The notes: generated by a model not told the origin, from the sequence alone. A stretch of DNA of 14,122 nt from Deltaproteobacteria bacterium (GCA_040218735.1 JAVJQW010000004.1:1-14122); one strand, 5' to 3'; positions 1 to 8,490 are shown, counted from the first letter of the stretch. Numbers and translations are program-made.

Positions 1-2
1 CG

Positions 3-1925
3 CTGGGCTTCGCTTCGCTCCTCACAACGCTCCCCGAGGGGACGGACGCGGGCGACCTCTCGGCCTACTTCGTGGCCTCGGTCGAAGTCCCCGCCGAGCT
101 CGCGCGCAGTTTGTCGAACGTCGACGTCACGGCGGAACAGATCCAGCGCCGCTACTTCGAGGTGTTCGGCCGCCGCTCGATCGTCTTTCTCTTCCGCCAG
201 TGGCTCGCGCGCGCCGCCCTGATCTCCACGGTCGCGGCTCTGCTGTTGTGGCTCGCGTTGCGCGCGTACCGCGAAGCGATCTTCGGCGCGCGGCAGCGGC
301 GCGGCGCGATCCTTCGCGACCACGCGGCGCATGAGCGCGAGCGCCGTCGCCGAGGTCGTGCCCTCCATGGACTGGCGAGTGTGGCGCTCGCGGTGCCGCT
401 CGCCTCCGTTGTCTTCGACGCCCCGCCGGCGGAGCTCGCGGTCTACGCGAAGGCCGAGGCGTTCGTCGCAGTTCCCGCGGTGCGGGATCTACTCGCGCCG
501 GAGTGGTCGCCGGACGTGCTCTGGATCGATGGGGCGTTTCGAAGCGGCGAGGCCGCGGTCGTCACGCAGCGTGCGCGGTTCGGTGGACGCTCTGTGCTCC
601 ACCTCGTGGCGGGCTACGTGTTCATCGCGGGGTGGGCCGCGGTCGCGATCGCGCTGGCGCGCCGCCAGTGGCGCGTGCGCTTCGGGGGAGGAGGCGACGG
701 CGGCTACCGCCTCGCCGGGGTCGAGCTCGAGGCCGGCAAGGAGTGCTACCACGTGCTCCTGTGCGGCTCGCCGGGCTCGGGGAAGTCGACCGCCTGCAAG
801 GACCTGCTCGATCAGATCCGTGCGCGCGGCGAGCGAGCGATCGTCTACGACCTCAGCGGCGAGTACCTGCGACTGTACTTCCGACCAGGCCGTGACCGGC
901 TGCTCAGTCCGTCCGACGCGCGGTCCGAGACGTGGTCTCCGTGGGCCGAAGGCGACGACCCGGCGACGTACCTCGCGCTCGCGCGCTCGCTCTTCCCAGG
1001 GGGCGGGCGCGATCCATTCTGGCAGGAAGCCGCCGCCACGCTGTTCGCGGCGGCGCTCGAAAAGCTCGCCGCTGACGGCTCGAACCAGCGCCTCTACTTC
1101 GCGCTCACGCAGGGCAGCATCGAAGACCTCCGCGAGCTCCTCGCGGACACGGACGCCGCGCGCTTTCTCGACCCGAACGGCTCAGCGATGCCGGCCTCGG
1201 TGATCGCCACGGTCGCGAGCGGACTCAAGGGCTGGCGCCAGCTCGTCGACCCCGTAACCCCGTCGTCGGCGTTTTCGATCCGACGCTTCATTCGAGGGGA
1301 GGGCGAGGCCGACGATGCGTGGCTCTTCCTGTCGACGACGGAAGCGGACCGCATCGCGATGAAGCCGCTCCTGTCGCTGTGGGCGGACGTCGCGGCGACC
1401 GCGCTGCTCTCACTGCCCGAGACGCACGCGAGTCGCATCTGGGCGGTCTTTGACGAGGTCGCGAGTCTGCAGCGGCTCCCGGCGTTGCCCGGCCTGCTCG
1501 AGCGCGGACGCAAGCACGGCGCGGCGGTGCTGCTCGGCCTTCAGGCCATCCCGCAGCTGCGCGAAGCGTACGGCCGCGACCTCGCCGCAGCGATCGCGGC
1601 GCAGCCGCAGACGTGGCTCGTGCTTCGCTCCGTCGAGCCGGACACCGCGAAGTGGTTGGAGTCGGCCCTCGGTACGGTCGAGGTCGAGGAGGCGCACACG
1701 TCGTTGTCGATGGGCGTCGATGCGATGCGCGACGGCGTCTCGTTTCAGCAGCACGTGACGCACCGGCCGCTCGTGCTGGCCTCGGAGATCACGACCCTGC
1801 CGGACCTCACCGGCTACCTGAAGCTGCCCGGCGCGCCGGACTTGTGGCGGGTCGCGTACGGCATCCGCGAACGCGAAGACATCGCCGCGCCGTTCGTGCC
1901 GCGCGCACGAAGGAGGCCGACGTGA
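3..1925 (+). CDS. traD: Type IV coupling protein (TraD/TrwB family), 5'-truncated by the window edge
   Basis: The frame is open from position 3 (LGFASLLTT...), so the GTG at 72 is probably not the start. N-terminal TM segments are followed by Walker A GSPGSGKS (765-788), RAIVYDLSGEY, DARSETWSPW, DPFWQEAA, Walker B IWAVFDEVASL, GRKHGAAVLLGLQAIPQLREAYG and LVLASEITTLPDLTGYLKLPG. It lies upstream of a MOBF relaxase. Confidence 0.95.
   Translation: MGFASLLTTLPEGTDAGDLSAYFVASVEVPAELARSLSNVDVTAEQIQRRYFEVFGRRSIVFLFRQWLARAALISTVAALLLWLALRAYREAIFGARQRRGAILRDHAAHERERRRRGRALHGLASVALAVPLASVVFDAPPAELAVYAKAEAFVAVPAVRDLLAPEWSPDVLWIDGAFRSGEAAVVTQRARFGGRSVLHLVAGYVFIAGWAAVAIALARRQWRVRFGGGGDGGYRLAGVELEAGKECYHVLLCGSPGSGKSTACKDLLDQIRARGERAIVYDLSGEYLRLYFRPGRDRLLSPSDARSETWSPWAEGDDPATYLALARSLFPGGGRDPFWQEAAATLFAAALEKLAADGSNQRLYFALTQGSIEDLRELLADTDAARFLDPNGSAMPASVIATVASGLKGWRQLVDPVTPSSAFSIRRFIRGEGEADDAWLFLSTTEADRIAMKPLLSLWADVAATALLSLPETHASRIWAVFDEVASLQRLPALPGLLERGRKHGAAVLLGLQAIPQLREAYGRDLAAAIAAQPQTWLVLRSVEPDTAKWLESALGTVEVEEAHTSLSMGVDAMRDGVSFQQHVTHRPLVLASEITTLPDLTGYLKLPGAPDLWRVAYGIREREDIAAPFVPRARRRPT
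1911..1916 (+). promoter_or_regulatory. Shine-Dalgarno AGGAGG for the methyltransferase
   Basis: AGGAGG lies 5 nt before the GTG at 1922, which overlaps the traD stop (GTGA). Confidence 0.75.
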
Positions 1926-2764
1926 ACGCCGCGCCGTTCGTGAAGTGGGCCGGCGGCAAGCGTCGCCTGTTGCCGCAGCTGCTCGCGCGTCTGCCTCGAC
2001 GGATGACGACGTACTTCGAACCGTTCGTCGGCGGTGGCGCCGTGTTCTTTGCGCTCGCGAACGAAGGTCGCTTCGAGCGCGCCGTGCTCGGTGACGAAAA
2101 CGCCGACCTCATCGAGGTCTACCGCGTCGTGCGCGATGATCCGGACGCGCTGATGCGCGCGTTGAAGCCGATGCAGAAGCACGTCCGCAACAAGGACTAC
2201 TTCAACCGCGTGCGCGCCTCGTCGCCGCGGCTCCCAGTGCGCCGCGCAGCGCGCTTCATCTTCTTGAACAAGACCTGCTTCAACGGCCTGTACCGCGTGA
2301 ATAAGGCCGGCCACTTCAACGTGCCGTTCGGTCGCTACAAGACGCCGCCGCAGTTGTTCGACCCGGAGGCGCTTCACGATGCTTCGCGCGCTCTGCAGAA
2401 CGTCGAGCTCGTCGTCGGTGACTTCGCCACGACACTCGAAGCCGCCGCGCGCGGTGACGCCGTCTACCTCGACCCGCCGTACGCGCCGCGCTCCGAGACT
2501 TCGCGCTTCACGTCGTACACGACGGGCGGCTTCGGCGCGCACGACCACGAGCGCCTCGCGGACGCGTTCGCGATGCTAAAGCGCCGTCGCGTTCGCGCGG
2601 TGCTCTCCAACGCGAGCACGCCGTTCACGCGCGCGTTGTTCGAGGCGCATGAGGTCGAAGCGTTCCAAGTTGGCCGAACGATCAGTGCGGCGGCGAAGCG
2701 CCGCGCACCGGTCGACGAGCTGATCGTCACGCACCGCAGTCGACGAAGGAGGCGCGCGTCATGA
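1922..2764 (+). CDS. dam: Orphan Dam-family (D12 class) N6-adenine DNA methyltransferase, 280 aa
   Basis: Motifs PFVKWAGGKRRL, motif I YFEPFVGGGAVFF, target-recognition hairpin FNGLYRVNKAGHFNVPFGRY, catalytic motif IV VYLDPPY and AVLSN. The true start is taken as GTG 1922 (RBS and GTGA overlap), not 1613 as in the ORF track. Confidence 0.93.
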   Translation: MNAAPFVKWAGGKRRLLPQLLARLPRRMTTYFEPFVGGGAVFFALANEGRFERAVLGDENADLIEVYRVVRDDPDALMRALKPMQKHVRNKDYFNRVRASSPRLPVRRAARFIFLNKTCFNGLYRVNKAGHFNVPFGRYKTPPQLFDPEALHDASRALQNVELVVGDFATTLEAAARGDAVYLDPPYAPRSETSRFTSYTTGGFGAHDHERLADAFAMLKRRRVRAVLSNASTPFTRALFEAHEVEAFQVGRTISAAAKRRAPVDELIVTHRSRRRRRAS

Positions 2765-5439
2765 TCTCCATCTCGAACCTGAAGAGCGCCGCGCAAGCCA
2801 AGTCGTACTACGAGGAAGGCGACTACTACCGCGACGGCGCCGAGCAGACGCCGAACCGTTGGTGGGGGGAGGGCGCTCGTCGCCTGGGCCTCGAAGGCGA
2901 CTTCGATCAGCAAGCGTTCGCTGATGCGCTCGCTGGCAAGCTCCCCAACGGCGTCGAGATGCCGAGCGGTCACGCGGGTGATCGTCTCCCCGGGATCGAT
3001 GTGACGTTCTCGCCGCCGAAGAGCGTGAGCCTTCAGCTCCTCGTCGCCGGCGACGAACGCATCCGCACTGCGCACGACCAGGCAGTCGAGGCGGGGCTTC
3101 GCTACTTCGAGACGAACTTCGCGCAGGCGCGCCTTACGCGCGACGGCGTCACCGAGTCCGAGCGCACCGCGAACCTCGCCGTCGCGCGTGTGCAGCACGA
3201 GGTCTCGCGCGAGCTCGACCCGCAGCTGCACACGCACTGCGTGATCCTCAACGTGACCCAACGCTCCGACGGGGCGTGGCGCGCCCTCGACAACCGAGGC
3301 CTGTACGACGGCCGCGCGGCAGCGGACGCGATCTATCGCGTGGAGCTGTCGTCGCGCCTACGCGCGCTTGGCTACGACGTCACGCGCACGAACAGCCTCG
3401 GACACTTCGAGATCGCGGGCTATGCGCCCGAGCACGTCGAGCATTTCTCGAAGCGCCGCGCGCAAATCGAAGAGGCGATGCAGCAACGGGGCGAGGCCGG
3501 CGCGCGTGCGGCCGAGCGCGCGAACCTGATGACGCGCGCTTCGAAGAGGAAGATGCACCCCGAGGACCTGCACGCGATGTGGGCGCGTGAGGCGCGTGCG
3601 CTCGAGATGGCGTCCCCACCCATTCGGGAAGTCGCCCCGCGCGATGGCGTGGATGAGCTCGCGAACGCGGAGCGCGCCGTCGAGCACGCGCTACAGCACC
3701 TCACCGAACGCTCGACCGTCATCGCCGAACGCGACCTGAAGAAGCACGCGCTGCAGCTGGGCGTAGGTCGCCTCGACGACTCGGCGAGTGTCTTCGCCGC
3801 GATCGAAGCGATGAAGCAGGACGGACGCCTCCTCGGCGCCACGCCTGCGATCAAGAAGGACGGCGACCTCGATCGCTACTTCACCACGCCGAAGGCGCTC
3901 GCCACCGAGCGCGACCTCGTCGACCTGGTCGAGGGCGGCCGCCAGACCGTCGCACCGATCGTGTCGCCCGAGATTGTCGATGCGCAGACCGCCGCACGCG
4001 GTCTGACGGAAGGGCAGGGCGATGCGGTGAAGCTCGCCCTCACCACACAAGATCGCGTGACCGGCGTGCAGGGCTATGCGGGCACCGGAAAGACCTTCGC
4101 TTTGAAGACCTTCCGCGAGCTCGCGGAAGGTCAGGGCTTCGAAGTCCTCGGCGCGGCCCCCTCCGCGAACGCGGCGCACCTCCTCGAGGAGGACGCCGGC
4201 ATCGAGAGCCGCACGCTCGCGCAGCTCCTCATCGACGTGAACCGCGAGGACCCGACCCCGGACCGCAAGCAGGTCTGGGTCGTCGACGAGGTCTCGATGA
4301 TGGGCAACGACGATGCCCGCCGTCTTCTTCGCGCCGCCGAGCGCCACGGGGCGCGCGTCGTCCTCGTCGGCGACGAGGCGCAGCTGCCGTCCATCGCCGC
4401 GGGCCAGGCCTTCCGGCTCCTGAAGCGGCGGGGGCTGACGCACGCCACGATGCAGGAGGTGCTTCGCCAGGAGGAGGGCGTCCTCCGCGAAGCCGTCTAC
4501 GACACGATCCGTCGCAACGAGGCCGAGTCGCTCGACAAGCTCGCCGGCCGCGTCGTCTCGATCGGCGCGCGGACCGACCGCCTGCAGGCCGTTGCCGATG
4601 CCTTCCTGAACCGACCCGAGGCGCGCGACGACACCATCGTCCTCACCCCTTCGAACAAGGACCGCATCGAGCTCAACGAACGCATCCGCCAGGGCCTGCG
4701 TCGCGACGGCGTCCTCGTCGGCGACGAGCAGCGCGCTGAGGTCTTCGTCTCGCGCGGCTTCACAGACGCACAGACCCGCGAGTCCGCCTACTACGATGTC
4801 GGCGACGTCGTGCGCTTCGGTCGGGACTACAAGCGCCTGTCCGTTCGATCGGGCGACACGCTTCGGGTGGTCTCGACCGACCTCCCGAAGAACGAGGTCC
4901 TCCTCGAAGACGCCGCCGGCGGACGTGTCACATGGCAACCGCATCGTCACGCGAAGGTCGAGGTGTACCGCGCCGAGGAGCGGCGCCTCGCCGTCGGCGA
5001 TCGCATCCGGTGGACGCGCAATGACAAGACGTTCGGTCGGCGCAACGGCGCGCTTGCGACCGTCGTCGCACTCTCGGAGGATGGCCGCGTTGCGGCGGTC
5101 GACGTCGCGTCGAAGAACGGCCCACCCGAACGTCAGATGCTGAACCTCGAAACCCAACGGCACTGGGACCACGCTTGGGCGGTCACCGCCCACGGCGCAC
5201 AAGGGCAGACGCGCGGACGCGCGCTCGTGCACATCGACACCGCCGAGAAGAACCTCGTCGGCTACGAGAACTGGTACGTCGCCATCTCCCGGGCGAAGCG
5301 GGAGCTGGAGGTGTTCACGGACGACGTGGACCGCCTCCCCAACGTCATTCAACGACCGATGCAACAAGAGAGCGCGCTCGAAGGGCGCGCTCGTCACTTC
5401 GCTGGGCGTGAACGTATGCGCCTCCCGGAGGCACCATGA
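2761..5439 (+). CDS. trwC: MOBF conjugative relaxase-helicase (TrwC/TraI family), 892 aa
   Basis: Catalytic tyrosines SYYEEGDYY, GIDVTFSPPKSVS, HUH motif HEVSRELDPQLHTH and FSKRRAQIE. The RecD-like helicase has GYAGTGKT, VVDEVSM, LVGDEAQL, TAHGAQGQT and YVAISRAK. ATGA overlap with dam and AGGAGG upstream. Confidence 0.97.
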   Translation: MISISNLKSAAQAKSYYEEGDYYRDGAEQTPNRWWGEGARRLGLEGDFDQQAFADALAGKLPNGVEMPSGHAGDRLPGIDVTFSPPKSVSLQLLVAGDERIRTAHDQAVEAGLRYFETNFAQARLTRDGVTESERTANLAVARVQHEVSRELDPQLHTHCVILNVTQRSDGAWRALDNRGLYDGRAAADAIYRVELSSRLRALGYDVTRTNSLGHFEIAGYAPEHVEHFSKRRAQIEEAMQQRGEAGARAAERANLMTRASKRKMHPEDLHAMWAREARALEMASPPIREVAPRDGVDELANAERAVEHALQHLTERSTVIAERDLKKHALQLGVGRLDDSASVFAAIEAMKQDGRLLGATPAIKKDGDLDRYFTTPKALATERDLVDLVEGGRQTVAPIVSPEIVDAQTAARGLTEGQGDAVKLALTTQDRVTGVQGYAGTGKTFALKTFRELAEGQGFEVLGAAPSANAAHLLEEDAGIESRTLAQLLIDVNREDPTPDRKQVWVVDEVSMMGNDDARRLLRAAERHGARVVLVGDEAQLPSIAAGQAFRLLKRRGLTHATMQEVLRQEEGVLREAVYDTIRRNEAESLDKLAGRVVSIGARTDRLQAVADAFLNRPEARDDTIVLTPSNKDRIELNERIRQGLRRDGVLVGDEQRAEVFVSRGFTDAQTRESAYYDVGDVVRFGRDYKRLSVRSGDTLRVVSTDLPKNEVLLEDAAGGRVTWQPHRHAKVEVYRAEERRLAVGDRIRWTRNDKTFGRRNGALATVVALSEDGRVAAVDVASKNGPPERQMLNLETQRHWDHAWAVTAHGAQGQTRGRALVHIDTAEKNLVGYENWYVAISRAKRELEVFTDDVDRLPNVIQRPMQQESALEGRARHFAGRERMRLPEAP

Positions 5440-7115
5440 GGCACGCGATGCGTTGGCAGAGCCTCTTCTTCGCGCTCGTCGTCACGACGGCGTGCGAGCC
5501 ACTTCGTTACCCGCTCGACGAGCCAGACGGCGGTGAGCGTGATGCTTCGATTCGTGATGCTAGTGCCGGCGACGCGCGTGCGTCGGACGCCGGCCAGACC
5601 GATGCGGGCACTCGCGACGCGGGCGAACAACGCGATGCCGGAGAGCTGCGTGATGGCGGCGAGGCGCCCGACGCGGGAGCGCGAGACGCTGGTCCCGCTG
5701 TCATGCACACGCTCTCGCTGACCATCGCCGGAGGCGGCGCGGGTCGCGTTGTCTCTTCGCCGCCGGGCATCGACTGCCCCGGGACATGCGACGCCGAGTT
5801 CCCCGAAGGTGTGGAGATCCAGCTGCAGGCGAATCCGACCAGGACGTCTCGCGTCGGCGGTTGGTCTCTACCGTGTAACCGCGCCGAGGTGTGCGCGACG
5901 ATGCTCGGCGCGGATGCTTCGGTAGACGTCTTCTTTCAGGTCAAACCGCGTGTCTTCGTGGGCGACTCTCATTCGTGTGCGCTGAACGAGCTCGGTCGGC
6001 TCCGCTGCTGGGGCGAGAACGGCTCAGGGCAGCTTGGCTACGACAATACGACCGACGTTGGGGACGGCGTTGGGCCCTCCGTCCAAGACGTTGGTGAAGT
6101 CGACACCGGCTTCGGCGAGGTCGTCGTCGACGCTGCGCTCGGTCGCTTCCACACTTGCGCGGTCTACAACGATGGCCGCTTGAGGTGCTGGGGAGCCGGC
6201 TTCCGCGGTGCGCTTGGATACAACGATACGGAGAACGTCGGCGACGACCCGAGTCGTCGCATCACCCTCGCGGGTGATGTTCCGGTCGGTGGCCTTGTTG
6301 TGCAGGTCCAAACACACGGCGACGTGACCTGCGCGCTCCTCAGCACCGGGGCCGTCCGCTGCTGGGGAACGAGTGTCACCGGCGCACACGGTCACGGCTC
6401 GACCCCCGCGATAGGCAACGGCACGGGCCCATCGATCATCACCGCGGGCGACTTGACGCTGTCCGGCTCTGCAGTGGTCATCACGCATCGCTGCGCGCTG
6501 CTCGCGACCGGTGCGATCGAGTGTTGGGACGGCGGCATTGATGGCACCGACCAGACAGTTTTCCGCAGCATCAGCGTCGGCGAGCCCGCCCTCGACCTCG
6601 TCTCCGGCGACACCCACGACTGTGCGCTTCTCTCGGGCGGGCGCGTTCGCTGCTGGGGACGCAACGCATGGGGGCAGCTCGGCTACAACAATACGACGAA
6701 CGTGAACGACGGCATCGGCCCCAGCATCCCTGTCGCTGGAGACGTCCCGGTCGGCGAGTTGGTCTCGCAGATCGCGACCGGGCACAGCCACACATGCGCC
6801 ATCCTTGCCTCCGGCGGTCTTCGGTGCTGGGGCGACGGCGGCGACGGTCGGTTGGGCTACGGCAACACGGACAACGTGGGGGATGGCATGGGGCTCGACG
6901 TCGCGATGGCCGGTGTCGTCGCACTCGGTGCAGCCGCGGCGCACGTCGCCCCATCGACCCTGCCGGGGCGACACACGTGCGCAGTCACGGCGGCCGACGA
7001 GGTCTACTGCTGGGGCAACGGCGGCTCTGGGCGTCTTGGGTACGGTAGCGAGGCAAACGTCGGCGACGGCGCTGGGCTGTCGGTGGCCAGTGCCGGTCCC
7101 GTCTTGTCCCTGTAG
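5436..7115 (+). CDS. Lipoprotein with a DAG-rich linker, a divergent InlB B-repeat-like domain and a seven-repeat RCC1/BLIP-II-like beta-propeller
   Basis: Signal peptide with lipobox VTTA-C, then an xxDAG low-complexity linker and the TLSLTIAGGGAGRVVSSPPGIDCPGTC module. Seven units of H(T/S)CA...G.(L/V)RCWG.(N)..GxLG follow. The start is 5436 (ATGA overlap) or 5448. Confidence 0.88.
   Translation: MRHAMRWQSLFFALVVTTACEPLRYPLDEPDGGERDASIRDASAGDARASDAGQTDAGTRDAGEQRDAGELRDGGEAPDAGARDAGPAVMHTLSLTIAGGGAGRVVSSPPGIDCPGTCDAEFPEGVEIQLQANPTRTSRVGGWSLPCNRAEVCATMLGADASVDVFFQVKPRVFVGDSHSCALNELGRLRCWGENGSGQLGYDNTTDVGDGVGPSVQDVGEVDTGFGEVVVDAALGRFHTCAVYNDGRLRCWGAGFRGALGYNDTENVGDDPSRRITLAGDVPVGGLVVQVQTHGDVTCALLSTGAVRCWGTSVTGAHGHGSTPAIGNGTGPSIITAGDLTLSGSAVVITHRCALLATGAIECWDGGIDGTDQTVFRSISVGEPALDLVSGDTHDCALLSGGRVRCWGRNAWGQLGYNNTTNVNDGIGPSIPVAGDVPVGELVSQIATGHSHTCAILASGGLRCWGDGGDGRLGYGNTDNVGDGMGLDVAMAGVVALGAAAAHVAPSTLPGRHTCAVTAADEVYCWGNGGSGRLGYGSEANVGDGAGLSVASAGPVLSL
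5526..5696 (+). repeat. Degenerate coding tandem repeat (xxDAG/DGG penta- and hexapeptides)
   Basis: Encodes DGGERDASIRDASAGDARASDAGQTDAGTRDAGEQRDAGELRDGGEAPDAGARDAGP. Confidence 0.8.
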
Positions 7116-7120
7116 CTCGT

Positions 7121-7936
7121 TCAGTTGACGGTGAGCGCGCCCAACTGCGTCGCGGAGAACACGAGGCCCCCGTTCGATCCTGCACCGTCGAGGTCGCCAT
7201 ACGAAAACGACGCACCGCCATCGAGCGAGTACCGGAATGTATAGGCGTAGCTCCCGGCGCTCGAGATCGTGAACGTCCCTTGGTACTCGTCGTCGTTGCC
7301 GCCGATCATGTTGAAGACGGCCGTCTGCCAGACCCAGGCGGTGGACGCTGTCGGATCGGTTCCAGCCGGCCCGTACCCAATTTCCGCGATGATGCCCGCT
7401 CCCGGACCGGGGGCCTCGGTCACGCCGGCTTCGTAGATCCGACCGTAGACCTCCGGCGTCGTCTCGCCGGCGTTGATCGTGATGGAGGCGGGGAACTGCA
7501 GGTTGCAGAAGTCGCACTCCTCCGGGGCGTCCGTCTCGTTGGCAACGCCTGGCAGCGCGCCGCCATCACGCGCGGAGCCGGCGTCGCGCGGCGGACCCGC
7601 GTCCCGTGCGGGGCCCGCATCGCGAGGGGGGCCAGCGTCTCTCGGCGCTCCGCCGTCTCGGAAGCCTCCGTCTCGGTCCCGACCCGCGTCCTCTACTCCG
7701 CCATCCCTGGTTCCGCCGTCCGCGCTCAGACCTCCGTCTCGGAAGCCGCCGTCGACGAGCTCTCCGGCGTCTCTAGCGCCTCCATCTCTCGACCGAGGTC
7801 CAGCGTCATACGCCGGGCGCGCGTCCAGTGGAACGAAGGTCGAGTCGTCGTTTTCTCCGCCGTCGCCACTACAACCGACAGCGAGTATCGCGACCCAGAG
7901 GGCGCACGAGATCGAATCCACCGCGGGGCGTCGCAT
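7121..7936 (-). CDS. Lipoprotein with an RDAG-repeat linker and a C-terminal beta-sandwich resembling an amylopullulanase-associated module, about 271 aa
   Basis: ATG 7936 gives MRRPAVDSISCALWVAILAVG-C (lipobox LAVG-C). The C-terminus CNLQFP...VYGRIYEAGVT...AEIGYGP...WVW..A.FN...GNDDEY...G.Y.Y.FRYSLDGG..F.YGDLDG resembles, from memory, a non-catalytic module of amylopullulanase/alpha-amylase proteins. The ORF track extends to 8026. Confidence 0.78.
   Translation of the reverse strand: MRRPAVDSISCALWVAILAVGCSGDGGENDDSTFVPLDARPAYDAGPRSRDGGARDAGELVDGGFRDGGLSADGGTRDGGVEDAGRDRDGGFRDGGAPRDAGPPRDAGPARDAGPPRDAGSARDGGALPGVANETDAPEECDFCNLQFPASITINAGETTPEVYGRIYEAGVTEAPGPGAGIIAEIGYGPAGTDPTASTAWVWQTAVFNMIGGNDDEYQGTFTISSAGSYAYTFRYSLDGGASFSYGDLDGAGSNGGLVFSATQLGALTVN
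7560..7810 (-). repeat. Degenerate 15-18-bp coding tandem repeat (RDAGPP/RDAGPA/RDGG)
   Basis: Encodes ...RDGGARDAGELVDGGFRDGGLSADGGTRDGGVEDAGRDRDGGFRDGGAPRDAGPPRDAGPARDAGPPRDAGSARDGG. Third codon positions differ between units. Confidence 0.82.
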
Positions 7937-8040
7937 GGTGGAGGACGCTACTCGCCGGACCTCGGCACGCCAAGCGGCTTGATGCACGTCGTCGTCCGAG
8001 CCCGATTCGTTGTACGCTAGCGCCACTCGGTTCGAAGGCG

Positions 8041-8490
8041 ATGTCCGCAGCAGTCCCCACGAAGTGTTGCTCGAAGTGCGGCAAGGATCTGCCGCTCACC
8101 GACTTCCATCGTCGCCGGCACCACGTGAAGGCCGGCGTGCGCGCAGCGTGTAAGGGCTGCACCGCGAAGGACACAAAGGAGCGTCGCACGGGGCGGATGC
8201 TCTCCGAGGAGGAGAAGCTCAAGAAGATCGTTCGGCAACGAACCAGTCGGGCGATCCTGCGCGGTGAGCTCGTGCCGCAGCCGTGTCGCGACTGCGGTTC
8301 ACACGACGTGCAGGCGCATCATCCGGACTATGTCGCCCCCGATGCGCATCTCCATGTCATTTGGTTGTGCGTCGACGACCACCATCGCGAACACGGAGCC
8401 AGCGATTGGTGTCGTCAGCTCGACATGTTCCCGGGAGCAGAGCGCGAGACAAAGATCGACCCGCGTGTCGTTCACCGTGTCCCGGCCTGA
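8041..8490 (+). CDS. Phage/MGE-type Zn-finger plus HNH-like protein, 149 aa
   Basis: N-terminal CSKC...CKGC zinc finger and C-terminal PCRDCG...QAHHPDY...VIWLCVDDHHREH (HNH-like beta-beta-alpha-Me pattern). ATG 8041 is preferred over 7828, which would overlap the opposite-strand lipoprotein. Confidence 0.8.
   Translation: MSAAVPTKCCSKCGKDLPLTDFHRRRHHVKAGVRAACKGCTAKDTKERRTGRMLSEEEKLKKIVRQRTSRAILRGELVPQPCRDCGSHDVQAHHPDYVAPDAHLHVIWLCVDDHHREHGASDWCRQLDMFPGAERETKIDPRVVHRVPA

Noticed and set aside
1613-1921. N-terminal extension of the 383-aa methyltransferase ORF
   Set aside because: It overlaps traD in another frame and is Arg-rich noise. Dam motifs, the RBS and the GTGA overlap point to a start at 1922.
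3691-5397. 568-aa antisense ORF, and similar long shadow ORFs (331-1203, 1814-2548, 2464-3261, 6024-7517, 9199-9942)
   Set aside because: These are antisense or alternate-frame shadows of well-supported genes, expected in high-GC DNA, and carry no recognisable motifs.
7560-7810. Periodic repeats considered as a CRISPR array or iterons
   Set aside because: Units are degenerate at third codon positions, have no unique spacers and encode an in-frame RDAG linker. No cas genes are present.
7937-8040. Possible divergent promoter (TACGCT at 8013-8018)
   Set aside because: No properly spaced -35 element, so it is too weak to call, although promoters are likely somewhere in this gap.
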